DNA from: a virus | Taxonomy: Duplodnaviria > Caudoviricetes | Length of the DNA stretch: 64,000 nucleotides | IMG/VR virus record: IMGVR_UViG_3300028591_000148 | Span: 1-64,000 of that record | Reading direction: 5' to 3' (one strand) | In this document: in pieces, positions 23,183 through 33,197 of the stretch | Position numbering within the stretch: the stretch's first letter is position 1 | How the letters are laid out: each line of letters opens with the position of its first letter | Made by a program: the position numbers and the translations under genes | The notes under the pieces: model-generated | Database searches by the model: none | Told to the model about the DNA's origin: nothing | What the model saw: only the letters and a program-made list of their open reading frames with translations

Positions 23183-23374
23183 TTAACCATTTTCGGACCT
23201 CCTGTTCCAGTCTTCTGTTGCTTCTTCTATAGAAGAACAGTTGCCAGTTCGACAAAGACAATTCGAACACCAAATATAATATTCATCACGATAATTAAAA
23301 CCTTCGCACGTCCCAACAGACGGATGTTTGTCCCCACAAAACGGGCACGGTTTCAGTTCAACCATTGTTAGCAT
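23183..23374 (-). CDS. Lar-family (restriction alleviation-like) zinc protein
   Basis: ELKPCPFCG...CSNC...EEA..DWNRR. Confidence 0.75.
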   Translation of the reverse strand: MLTMVELKPCPFCGDKHPSVGTCEGFNYRDEYYIWCSNCLCRTGNCSSIEEATEDWNRRSENG

Positions 23375-23768
23375 CTCCTATACGCTTTGATATTCAAGTG
23401 ATTCCATGACCGTTATGTTTTCTTCCGTCGGTTCAATTCCAAGTCTGTAACATAGCTTTATTCGCAGTCTGTGTTTAACTATTACAAAAATAAAGTTCGC
23501 AATGGCAGTGCAGCATGAGTTTATCACAAGTACGGCAGCAATCTTGACAGTATCATTCATTTTGAGATTATCCAAAAGCATTGTTGCAAGGATCATAAAA
23601 GCACCGAGCAGTATATTGTATGGAGCACTTTCGACAAGGTTGATTTTTGCTGATCGTATCTCACACCATACTGGTGTCTTTCCACGCTCTATTTTCTGTT
23701 TCACACGGTCAAATTCTTTCTTGTATCGCAATAAATCCTGCTCTTTTTTTGGCAAAAAGATAATACAT

Positions 23769-24113
23769 TCATTCACCTTCTCCCATCTTCGTGCCGCAGT
23801 CAGGACAAAACGCAGTTAAGGTATCTTCTTCTCCGTTGTATTCATGACCACATTCTGAACATTCCCACTTATCCCATACAGGCACACCGTCTGCGTAGGC
23901 ATCATATTCAACCGGAATCCACCGTCCGTGTTTCACGGGTTCAACTTCAACGTGTGGACAGTCTGCATAAAAACTACTCTCTGTCTTGTCAGGATCTTTC
24001 GCACCGCCCATACATTTATGCTTTTTCATGTTGTAATAAGCACATTCTCCACAACATTTAATGCCTTTCATTTTTTTGTCACCCCGTCCATTCGTGCACC
24101 GCAGTTCGGGCAC
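23769..24113 (-). CDS. zinc-ribbon protein
   Basis: HGRW...WECSECG...FCPDCGTKM; likely start near 24070. Confidence 0.7.
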   Translation of the reverse strand: MPELRCTNGRGDKKMKGIKCCGECAYYNMKKHKCMGGAKDPDKTESSFYADCPHVEVEPVKHGRWIPVEYDAYADGVPVWDKWECSECGHEYNGEEDTLTAFCPDCGTKMGEGE

Positions 24114-24790
24114 AAAGGATAACGCACTTTAGTCATAAGCTCTTGTCCTACTATCACTCGTGCTTGAGTTGCTACATTTCCGCAGTTCGTACAAAGTGAT
24201 GTACACACCGTATCTGTATACCTCCATTCGAGCCATTCACCGTGTTGTACAGGTTCAGCCTCGATTGTGGGCTGTATATCAACAATTCTCAATGCCATAT
24301 CATAATTAAATTCAGATAGGTTTTTTTTCAAAGCATTCGCGTCAATCGGTCTTACTCCGGCATCTTCGCTCACCTCTGGTTTCGACAACAATCTGAAATC
24401 ACATCCGCCGAACGGATACCACGCGCACATTTCTATGTGCTCACAATCTTTGCACCATTCTTCACCTTTCTTACGGTCTGCTTCGTTCATTTTTGGTTTT
24501 TGCACGGGTTTAACTTCGATTGTGGGTAGTGCCTCGATTTCGTCAAGCATTTCTCTTATATCGTGTCCTGCTTTTGAGCAGGACCCGTCATCGTCCGGAC
24601 AGTAACTCATAGCTATTTCCAACGCTTCCTGTCTTTCAATCAGTTCCAGTGAGGTTGTGTGTTGTCTCAATTCGTCAATAGCAATGTCAATAGCTCGACA
24701 TAAATCGGAACCTTCTCGTGTGTAGTCATTTCTGAAAATTTCAAGTGTTTCGATAGCGTCTTGAGTGGTCATTGCTTCAGGCATCTTCAT
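24068..24790 (-). CDS. modular zinc-ribbon protein
   Basis: LIERQEAL, RPIDANAL, IEAEPVQHGEW and CPNCGARM modules. Confidence 0.75.
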   Translation of the reverse strand: MKMPEAMTTQDAIETLEIFRNDYTREGSDLCRAIDIAIDELRQHTTSLELIERQEALEIAMSYCPDDDGSCSKAGHDIREMLDEIEALPTIEVKPVQKPKMNEADRKKGEEWCKDCEHIEMCAWYPFGGCDFRLLSKPEVSEDAGVRPIDANALKKNLSEFNYDMALRIVDIQPTIEAEPVQHGEWLEWRYTDTVCTSLCTNCGNVATQARVIVGQELMTKVRYPLCPNCGARMDGVTKK

Positions 24791-25723
24791 TTACCCCCTC
24801 ATATCCCCACATATCTCTACCACATGGTATCAACCATTGCCCTGCACGGTGAAATCCATTTCCATGGTGTTGTATAACGGTTTGATCTTTTTTCTTGCAC
24901 CAGTATTCGTATGAAACATTTGAGAATGTAAGATGCTTGCATCCTATGCAAGGACACTCGTTTTTAATTATCTGTGGCATCTATCCCGACCTCCTGTTTG
25001 AGCCATTTCAAAACACCTTCCGCACACACGCAGAATGATGTTTCACATTCCGCATTATGATATGCACAAACAGCGCATCTATCGGTCAGCTTATCAATCA
25101 GCTTATCCGAAAGCTCCTCATCCGTCATCTGACGGATCTTATCACCGTGAGTCATATTTTCATTCTCCTTCTCCTTAATCATAGTGCAGTAGTTTTCGTA
25201 GACTTCTACATCTTCCCATTCTACACCATTTCCAACGGTAGACACAGGGTACAAATCCCCGTTCTCATCAACAGCGAAAATGTACTCACCGCCGTCACCA
25301 TACCCACCGTCCTCATACGGAGGGAAATCTGCCGTACAAAATTTCCACGGGACAGGCGTTCCATCAGGAGCATAGTCTACACCTTTGTATACAGTGATTT
25401 TGGTATCGTGAATATTCATTTTTGATTCCTCCTCATTCAGCCGTAATTTCTGATTTTATTCCTTCGCAGTAAGTTTAGCTGTAATTCTTGAAAGTAATGT
25501 AGCAGAAGAAGATACCAGTTCTTTAATTTCGGATTCCGCCAGCATATATTTATCATTGTCAATTCTTCCATTTTCAACTTGAATAATGTCTGCAAGTAAA
25601 GAAAGATATTGAGCTGCCGATCTTAATTCACATGCCTGTTTATTTCTGTCTGTAAAAATCATAAGATCATTCATGTTCCTAACCTCCATTTCAATCAGCG
25701 TTCTTTTGACTTACTATATATAT

Positions 25724-25808
25724 AGTATAACACATTTCAAAGAAAAAGTCAATAGCTATTAAGACAAAAATACTCACAAACATCTTATCGATGAATGTGA
25801 GTATTTTT
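25724..25808 (-). promoter_or_regulatory. terminator + promoter cassette
   Basis: TTGACT(25752-25747)-17-TATACT(25729-25724); hairpin AAAAATACTCACA/TGTGAGTATTTTT. Confidence 0.85.
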
Positions 25809-25829
25809 GTATATTTTTTTATATTTGTA

Positions 25830-26153
25830 TTACCGTTTATCGTTTGGAACATATGGAAACTCGTAAATAATATCAATAACGTCACCATCTTCTGTTACAC
25901 CGTCACCAACAAAATAATCATCGAAATCCCATTCATAATCGTCCGACACATGATTAAACAAAGGATTTATCTGATATGCAAAATCAGCAATGTCGTCACT
26001 TCTTATCCACATATGGTCTTTTAGTACGTTTGCAATACCACTCACTATGTTTTTCTTTTCAGACCAAAAAACAACATATTCTCCAGAATATGGATCGTAT
26101 AGACGAACACCGTATAATTTTCTATTTTCGTTTTCATAAAGTTTTCTGATCAT
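25830..26153 (-). CDS. small protein with MIRKLYE leader
   Basis: ORF track; RBS GAAAGGA. Confidence 0.75.
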   Translation of the reverse strand: MIRKLYENENRKLYGVRLYDPYSGEYVVFWSEKKNIVSGIANVLKDHMWIRSDDIADFAYQINPLFNHVSDDYEWDFDDYFVGDGVTEDGDVIDIIYEFPYVPNDKR

Positions 26154-26248
26154 AAATAATCAATTCCTTTCATAAATCAATATTGTTCCACACGGAACAT
26201 CATGTAAAGTAAACATAGCACTCACAATCAATTAAGTTATAAATTTTG

Positions 26249-26785
26249 TCAACCGGCGTATACATCCCAACCACGTTTACCCGGTCTAGGAACATTCTGT
26301 ATAGCATCACTATAGCATTTTTTAAATGTCGAGAATAATGTTTCTTGAGATGGTTCGTAACCGTCATCAGACTCCCAATAATAACCTAATAATTTACCAT
26401 TATTAGTGTACTTATAGATCATAAAGCCTCTGGAAGAATAGTCGTTTACTTCTTGTACCATATAATCTGGATATTCTATTTCAACGTCATCCGGTGTTAT
26501 GTCAACTGCTTCTTGTATTTTTCTACTGTTTTTATTATACCTTCTGTCTTTGGATTCTACATAGTCATCACCAGAACGATACTGTTTAAAAACAGAAACA
26601 TCCTTAAGAAGCTTGTGATTAAATAACTCCTTATATTCATTTGTGAAATATGCTAGTGTAGGTTCGTCAATATCTTTCGTCTCAACAATTTGTCGAATTG
26701 TTGCAATAGCATTAGCAATATTATCTAAATGCTGTAAACACATTCTGCGTGTATTTGAGTTAGATTCATTCAATCTTCTTATCAT
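26249..26785 (-). CDS. protein with MIRRLNE-S leader and internal RKIQE-A
   Basis: ORF track; RBS GAAAGGA. Confidence 0.75.
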   Translation of the reverse strand: MIRRLNESNSNTRRMCLQHLDNIANAIATIRQIVETKDIDEPTLAYFTNEYKELFNHKLLKDVSVFKQYRSGDDYVESKDRRYNKNSRKIQEAVDITPDDVEIEYPDYMVQEVNDYSSRGFMIYKYTNNGKLLGYYWESDDGYEPSQETLFSTFKKCYSDAIQNVPRPGKRGWDVYAG

Positions 26786-26852
26786 AATAAATCAATCCTT
26801 TCTAAATTCATATTGTTATATTAAAAAAACATAACAGTTCTATATCAGGTAT

Positions 26853-27152
26853 TTAGTCTAGCAAAGAAACTGTATCTGATTCAATCTCTTGAAGTTCATA
26901 TACCATATCATGTAACTTATCATAAACAGAGTCAACAGTATTATAGTATATTGGGAGTACATCTATTAATCCTTTAGAAACAGGAGTATTGTATAACTTT
27001 TCAGACTCCTCAACTATAATGTCTAATGTTTCTTGTATAGATTCTAAATAGGATATACAATCTTCAATCCACGTCTTATTAACATCCACTGTTTCTTTTA
27101 TTTTAGGTACTAGGTTATTAGCGCGTTTTGCCTCATTCAATCTTCTTATCAT
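26853..27152 (-). CDS. small protein with MIRRLNE-A leader
   Basis: ORF track; RBS GAAAGGA. Confidence 0.75.
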   Translation of the reverse strand: MIRRLNEAKRANNLVPKIKETVDVNKTWIEDCISYLESIQETLDIIVEESEKLYNTPVSKGLIDVLPIYYNTVDSVYDKLHDMVYELQEIESDTVSLLD

Positions 27153-27270
27153 AATATCAATCCTTTCGTAATATATAACAAATAGTCTATGTAAGCTGTA
27201 TTTACCTACATAGACTATTGTAGTTTGTTTGTTTATTTTTGTATTATTGTTTTATTAAATTTTGAACTCA

Positions 27271-27783
27271 TTAACGAAGTTCGACCATAGTAATTCCACC
27301 TTGGTTATTTTGTTCTATATAATAAACGGGCATATCTGGTAACTCGCCTGGATCCCCATATTCAAAATCAAATATATCATACACCCCGTCCGATATATCT
27401 ACTGTTCCAACTGTGCCGTCTCTCTTATAGTCTACTAAATCGAACGATCCTTCAAATCCTATGGTGGTATTCGGAGCGACGACAAAGAAATTCTTGATAT
27501 TATGCTGTGTGTAAAGATATGCGATAAATGCGCCCATGAGCCTTGTCTTGCCGACACCCGTTGCAAGAGCAAAGGTCAGAGACATAAAATCACGCTCAAA
27601 GTCGGTGCAGGTCGGGCAAAGAGCCTTTACTGCGCCGAGGGCAGCCTGCAAATTCATACCCTTTTTGAGATTAACGCTATTTACTATCTCATCAAGGATT
27701 TCAAGCGACTTCTTCTGCGGTTTACGCAAGGACATGACACCGCTAATATACTCTGTGGTATAAAGACTAAAATCAGCCCTCAT
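27271..27783 (-). pseudogene. res: truncated type III restriction (Res) subunit N-terminus fused to an unrelated tail
   Basis: SLRKPQ Q-motif, LATGVGKT Walker A and FVVAPNTTI motif Ia, then unrelated sequence from ~27460 and an early stop; overlaps the mod stop. Confidence 0.8.
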
Positions 27784-29254
27784 CCCCACATTCCTCCTCG
27801 TCATTGTACACAGGCGGATGAATGATATTCAGGTTATAGTCAGCTTTATCAAATTCACAGCGTTCAAGAAGCATCTGCGGAATTTTCTTGACCGTGATAT
27901 GGGGATTCAGCTTGTCCATACCCTTATCGAACGAACAGCAGGCAATCACAAGATACTCATCATCTTCCATAGAGCCGATGATAGAATCCATAAAGGCAGC
28001 GTTCAGGTGACGGGTAGTAACAAAGAGATAGGATTTTTCATTGCCGTGAGACTGCTTCCAGAACACAGAGCTGTCAGGCTCATAGGTAAAGCCTTCATGC
28101 AGAGCCATAGCCGCCGCAAGCATATCCGCACTATAATCAGGATTGATGATATATTCGCCGAATTCATCTTTGTTGATTAGAGTCGGTGCAAGCTCGTAGA
28201 AGCGGTATCCGCCGCCGCCTTTCCAGTTTTCTACACTGGATATTCCACTATAATCTCTTCCTGCAATTACCTTATCCAAACGTGGCTTGGCTAGACTATA
28301 TGCCTGTTCCCCTATTTCAATTCCTATCCATTTACGCCCCATTTTTTGAGCAACGGCAGATGTGGTTCCAGTACCTAAAAACGAATCAAGTACTAAATCG
28401 CCAGGAGCTGTGGAAATATTGAGTATTCTACGAATCAGCGCTTCCGCTTTTTGTCCTTTTAATTCATCAGCGCCAAGCATTTTTGAAACTTTTTCTCCAG
28501 AAAAAGACACCACAGCTATACTGTTTAATTTATCATATACAGAACAATTCCAAGTATCTTCAAGTGGATACCTTTCAGGTAATCCAACAACAGATACAAA
28601 ATCATAGAACGACATGGCTTCGCTTTTAGATACGCCTAAATCAGAAAGCTTTCGGAGTATTTCTTTTTTCGACGAATCGTTAAAACGTTTTTGATAATCA
28701 TCAATAGTATTATAAGCCATTTCCTTATTAAAAAAGAAATTAGAGGGATTCTTTGTATAATACAAAATAGAGTCATGATTACGAATGAAATTCTTGGCAA
28801 CAGTTTTAAAACCAGATACCCATCCAATTCGCCATATTATTTCGCGCTGAAAGCAAGACCTACCAAAAATTTCATCCATGAGTACCTTTAAATAGTGGAC
28901 TTCATTAAAATCAATGCTAACATATATGCTGCCATCATCTGCTAACAGATTTCTTAAAATTATTAAACGTTGTCTCATTAACGATAGCCATATACTATGC
29001 TCTTTTCCATCATCATAATGTTCAAATGCACTACCTGTGTTATATGGGGGATCAATAAAAATGCATTTTACCTGTCCTGCGTATTTGCTTTCAAGCGCCT
29101 TCAACGCAAACAGATTATCGCCGTGTATCAGCATATTTTCAGTATCGGGGGCTGCGTCTGTATTTGACAGTTCAGGTCTCTCTATCAGCAGCCGAGGTTC
29201 AACAGATATCTCCTGTTCCTTGCCGTACCATGTCAGTTCAAGTTTGTTAGCCAT
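27773..29254 (-). CDS. mod: type III R-M system adenine methyltransferase (Mod)
   Basis: KLELTWYGK, IHGDNL, FIDPPYNTG, LDSFLGTGTT, WKGGGGYRFYEL; followed by the res fragment. Confidence 0.9.
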   Translation of the reverse strand: MANKLELTWYGKEQEISVEPRLLIERPELSNTDAAPDTENMLIHGDNLFALKALESKYAGQVKCIFIDPPYNTGSAFEHYDDGKEHSIWLSLMRQRLIILRNLLADDGSIYVSIDFNEVHYLKVLMDEIFGRSCFQREIIWRIGWVSGFKTVAKNFIRNHDSILYYTKNPSNFFFNKEMAYNTIDDYQKRFNDSSKKEILRKLSDLGVSKSEAMSFYDFVSVVGLPERYPLEDTWNCSVYDKLNSIAVVSFSGEKVSKMLGADELKGQKAEALIRRILNISTAPGDLVLDSFLGTGTTSAVAQKMGRKWIGIEIGEQAYSLAKPRLDKVIAGRDYSGISSVENWKGGGGYRFYELAPTLINKDEFGEYIINPDYSADMLAAAMALHEGFTYEPDSSVFWKQSHGNEKSYLFVTTRHLNAAFMDSIIGSMEDDEYLVIACCSFDKGMDKLNPHITVKKIPQMLLERCEFDKADYNLNIIHPPVYNDEEECGDEG

Positions 29255-29279
29255 TGTGTACCTCCTATGATTGTAAAAC

Positions 29280-31712
29280 TTATTTATTTTCGTTTAAGAA
29301 CTTTCTTATATTAGAAACATTTTGAATCTTTTTAGGTTGTCCATTATCAAACACAATTAGAGTCGGCGCTGATGTTATTCCATACATTTTTACAAGATCT
29401 GAATTTTCTTCAGCTAGAAGAACATCACAGTCGAATCCAGCTTCTGAAATAAACTTTTTTGCCATTTTACAATTCGGACAAGTTGCTGTGGTGAATAATA
29501 CCGGTTTTCTTGTTCCTGCTAAAATTGTTCTCACTGTTTCTTCTATATTGACATCTTTTTCTTTCTGCTCCGGTAATTCTGTATAATCTGTTTTACAAGA
29601 TTCACATTCATTATTAGTATCCGATAAAGACTCAGTGTCTATTACATATTCTTTTCTGTCTGCAAATTCATGTGCTTTTCCATCATTAAAGTTTTGAACG
29701 GCTCTATAATAACCTGTTACTCTACTATACACTTCGGTTGTCTTACCACATATAGGACAAGTCCATTCTTCTCCTTTAATATATCCGTGTTCTGGACAAA
29801 TAGAATAAGTAGGTGAAAATGTAAAATAAGGTAGTTTATAGTTCTCTGCTATTTTTCTTGTTAGGTTCATAGCAGATTGCCAGTCTGGTAATTTCTCACC
29901 TAGGAAAGCATGGAATACGGTTCCAGATGTATATTTGGTTTGTAAATCATCTTGGTGATCTAACGCTTCAAATATATCATCTGTATAACCTACTGGAAGG
30001 TGTGAACTATTTGTATAATATGGAGACCCATCTGTTTTATCTCCTGCTGTTATAATATTTGGATAATCTTCTTTATCGTGTTTGGCAAAACGGAATGCTG
30101 TGCTTTCAGCAGGAGTTGCTTCCAAATTAAATAACTCACCTTCGTACAGTTCTTGATAATCTGAAAGTTTATTTCTTATAAAGTCCAGTACTCGCTTTGT
30201 AAACTCGTATGAATTTTTATCGTCGATTCCTTTACCTAACCAGGAGGCATTCATACAACATTCGTTCATACCTACTAATCCAATAGTAGAAAAATGATTA
30301 TCAAATTTACCTAGGTATCTTTTTGTATATGGATATAGATTTTGTTCTAGTAGCTGAGTTACCACGGTTCTCTTAATGTGTAAACTTCTAGCGGAAATGT
30401 CTAATAAATGTTTTAGTTTTGTAAAGAACTCTTCTTCTGTTTTACTAGTATATGCTAATCTAGGCATATTCAAAGTAACTACACCTATAGAGCCTGTACT
30501 TTCACCACTTCCAAAGAATCCTCCAGATTTACGTCTTAACTCACGAAGATCTAAACGTAAACGACAACACATTGATCTAATGTCAGACGGATTAAGGTCA
30601 CTGTTAATATAATTACTAAAATATGGGATACCATATTTAGCAGTCATTTCAAACAAAAGTTTATTATTGACAGATTCCGGATCCCAATCAAATTCTTTTG
30701 TGATAGAATAGGTAGGAATTGGATATTGGAAACCTCTACCGTTAGCATCTCCTTCGATCATAACTTCCAGAAACGCTTTATTTATCATATCCATTTCACG
30801 TTTACAGTCTTTATATTTAATGTCTATTTCTTCTCCACCTATGATGCAATTAAGTTCTGCTAAATCATCTGGTACTACCCAATCGAATGTAAAGTTAGTA
30901 AAAGGTGCTTGACATCCCCATCTAGACGGAATATTTAATCCAAATACTAAAGACTGTATACATTGTTTTACTTCTTTATAAGAAAGATCATCCACTTTCA
31001 CAAATGGTGCAAGATATGTGTCTACACTAGAAAATGCCTGCGCACCTGCCCATTCATTTTGAAGACAACCTAGGAAGTTTACCATTTGGTTGCACAACGT
31101 AAATAGGTGTTTGGCGGGTTTAGAGGTTATCTTACCGGGAACACCACCTAATCCTTCTTGAATAAGTTGTTTTAAGGACCAACCTGCACAGTAACCCGAA
31201 AGCATAGATAGATCGTGAATATGAATATCGCAATTTTTATGAGCATTAGCAATTTCTTCATCGTATATTTCGGACAGCCAATAATTGGCAATAACAGCTC
31301 CAGAATTACCTAAAATGAGACCTCCTAAAGAGTAAGTAACAGTTGAATTTTCTTTTACTCGCCAATCCGTATTCTGTGTATACTTTTCCACAGTTACCTT
31401 ATAATCGAGTAAAGTTTCTTTTGCTTTTCTAGCATTCTCGTGTTGTTTTCTATATAGAATATAAGATTTAGCTACATCATCATAACCGAATGTCATTAGT
31501 GTTTTTTCTACTGCATTTTGGATATCTTCTACAGATAAGAGTCCTTCTTTAATTGTTTTTTCTGCTTCGGCTGTAGATCTTATTGTTATTAGTTCTATAA
31601 TAGAATTCTGATATTCTCTATTACAGGATTTAAATGATTTTACGATCCCTTCTGATATTTTTGATGTAGTGAATACATCAACATCTCCGCTTCTCTTTTT
31701 TACCTTATACAT
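29280..31712 (-). CDS. nrdD: anaerobic (class III) ribonucleoside-triphosphate reductase with ATP cone and C-terminal glutaredoxin-like domain
   Basis: VKKRSG ATP cone, SMCCRL, EATPAES, CPEHGY..CPICG, YSRVTGY glycyl loop, C-terminal TCPNC. Confidence 0.95.
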   Translation of the reverse strand: MYKVKKRSGDVDVFTTSKISEGIVKSFKSCNREYQNSIIELITIRSTAEAEKTIKEGLLSVEDIQNAVEKTLMTFGYDDVAKSYILYRKQHENARKAKETLLDYKVTVEKYTQNTDWRVKENSTVTYSLGGLILGNSGAVIANYWLSEIYDEEIANAHKNCDIHIHDLSMLSGYCAGWSLKQLIQEGLGGVPGKITSKPAKHLFTLCNQMVNFLGCLQNEWAGAQAFSSVDTYLAPFVKVDDLSYKEVKQCIQSLVFGLNIPSRWGCQAPFTNFTFDWVVPDDLAELNCIIGGEEIDIKYKDCKREMDMINKAFLEVMIEGDANGRGFQYPIPTYSITKEFDWDPESVNNKLLFEMTAKYGIPYFSNYINSDLNPSDIRSMCCRLRLDLRELRRKSGGFFGSGESTGSIGVVTLNMPRLAYTSKTEEEFFTKLKHLLDISARSLHIKRTVVTQLLEQNLYPYTKRYLGKFDNHFSTIGLVGMNECCMNASWLGKGIDDKNSYEFTKRVLDFIRNKLSDYQELYEGELFNLEATPAESTAFRFAKHDKEDYPNIITAGDKTDGSPYYTNSSHLPVGYTDDIFEALDHQDDLQTKYTSGTVFHAFLGEKLPDWQSAMNLTRKIAENYKLPYFTFSPTYSICPEHGYIKGEEWTCPICGKTTEVYSRVTGYYRAVQNFNDGKAHEFADRKEYVIDTESLSDTNNECESCKTDYTELPEQKEKDVNIEETVRTILAGTRKPVLFTTATCPNCKMAKKFISEAGFDCDVLLAEENSDLVKMYGITSAPTLIVFDNGQPKKIQNVSNIRKFLNENK

Positions 31713-31752
31713 GGTAAATCAACTCCTCTTATATTTATATAAATAAAACAGA

Positions 31753-32517
31753 TCAGAATAATTTTCTTTTCTGTGTATTTACAACTTCTTCTATTCTTTC
31801 TTTTGCAATTCCAAAATAGTTAGTGTCTAATTCAATACCTATAAAATTTCTATTGTTTTTTATACTAGCAATACCTGTGGTTCCAGAACCCATACAATTA
31901 TCCAAGACAACATCATTTTCATCGGTATATGTTTTCACAAGGTATTCTAATAAAGAAAGTGGTTTTTGTGTAGGGTGTAGTTTACCTTTTCTATTTGGAA
32001 CAACATCAAATTCAAGCACATCGGAAGGATTAACAAATTCTGGATCGTATTTTTTCTTATGTTTTTCTAATTCTACATGATTACTGTTACCACAATAATG
32101 ATCGTAGTTGTAACAACTTTTTCCAATACCGACCCTAGGTTTTTTCTGTGGGTTGTATACTGGGTTTCCTTTTTGAAATACTAATATCTCTTCATAATAT
32201 TTCATTGGTCTGTATTTCGCGCTAGTCATTCCTGTCGGAACATTTTTCTTCCAAATAAGTTTATATTTATAATCCTTCGGATTACTTTGATATGTTTTAT
32301 ATGTAAATAGTCCACTGGAGAATAAAATTATTCTAGAATCTTGTTTTAAGATCCTATTGTATAGATTCCAAAGTTCTTCAAAAGGTATAATACTGTCCCA
32401 AGAACAACGTGTGGTTCCATAAGGTAGATCACAAATAATGCAATCAATCACGTTATCAGGTATTTCTTTCATTATCTCTAAACAATCACCGTTGAACAAT
32501 TTATAATCTTCTCTCAT
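31753..32517 (-). CDS. orphan N6-A/N4-C DNA methyltransferase (beta class)
   Basis: GDCLE, CDLPYG, HPTQKP, VLDNCMGSGTT. Confidence 0.9.
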   Translation of the reverse strand: MREDYKLFNGDCLEIMKEIPDNVIDCIICDLPYGTTRCSWDSIIPFEELWNLYNRILKQDSRIILFSSGLFTYKTYQSNPKDYKYKLIWKKNVPTGMTSAKYRPMKYYEEILVFQKGNPVYNPQKKPRVGIGKSCYNYDHYCGNSNHVELEKHKKKYDPEFVNPSDVLEFDVVPNRKGKLHPTQKPLSLLEYLVKTYTDENDVVLDNCMGSGTTGIASIKNNRNFIGIELDTNYFGIAKERIEEVVNTQKRKLF

Positions 32518-32754
32518 AATAACCTCCTCAACTCATTAAAGAGTTGTATTTTTTATTGTGTTGCTTATATAAATTGATAACACCTGAATTTGAATAAAAT
32601 CAAGATCAATTTTTATTTCTACTTTTTATATAAAAATTGTTCTTCATGTTCTTACAATATTTTTTATTTTTGGTTTAGAAAATAACTATATATAGTAACT
32701 GTTATAAATTTATATTACTACATATTGTTTTAGGTGACTATATTCTTCGTTTAT

Positions 32755-32811
32755 AGTATAACACAAAACCTCTACAAAAGTCAATAGGAAATCAGGACTT
32801 TTGTAGAGGTT
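32755..32811 (-). promoter_or_regulatory. promoter overlapped by an inverted repeat
   Basis: TTGACT(32784-32779)-18-TATACT(32760-32755); AACCTCTACAAAAGTC/GACTTTTGTAGAGGTT overlaps the -35 box. Confidence 0.75.
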
Positions 32812-33083
32812 CACATATATTATAATTTATTAACTTTTTCTGAGGGTTTACTTATAGTGAATAATCATTTTACCTTCCAAAAGACTGATAGTAGTTACGG
32901 TTCTATCCTTCTCCTCGTAGAAATAATCAGCATAATCAAACGATTCCGCTTTACGAATAGTACCTGTAACACCTTCCTGGAGAAATACAGGAATTTTAGA
33001 AGTTCCGTAATTAATCTTTTTCATGATATCCTTTACTTTCATATTCGTAACCTCCTTTTATTATTGTGTTTTTTACTATATAT

Positions 33084-33166
33084 AGTATAACATATTTATA
33101 ATGAAAAGTCAAGTGCTTTTGAAAAATTCATAATGAAAAACTCCACGAACTTATCGTGGAGTTTTT
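33084..33166 (-). promoter_or_regulatory. terminator + promoter cassette driving 32848..33042
   Basis: TTGACT(33112-33107)-17-TATACT(33089-33084); hairpin AAAAACTCCACGA/TCGTGGAGTTTTT. Confidence 0.85.
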
Positions 33167-33197
33167 GTTTATATTACACGAAATACATATTACTATT

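Noticed and set aside
32520-32750. AT-rich intergenic stretch as a replication origin
   Set aside because: No iterons or DnaA-box cluster recognised; it may just be the leader of the MTase/nrdD unit.
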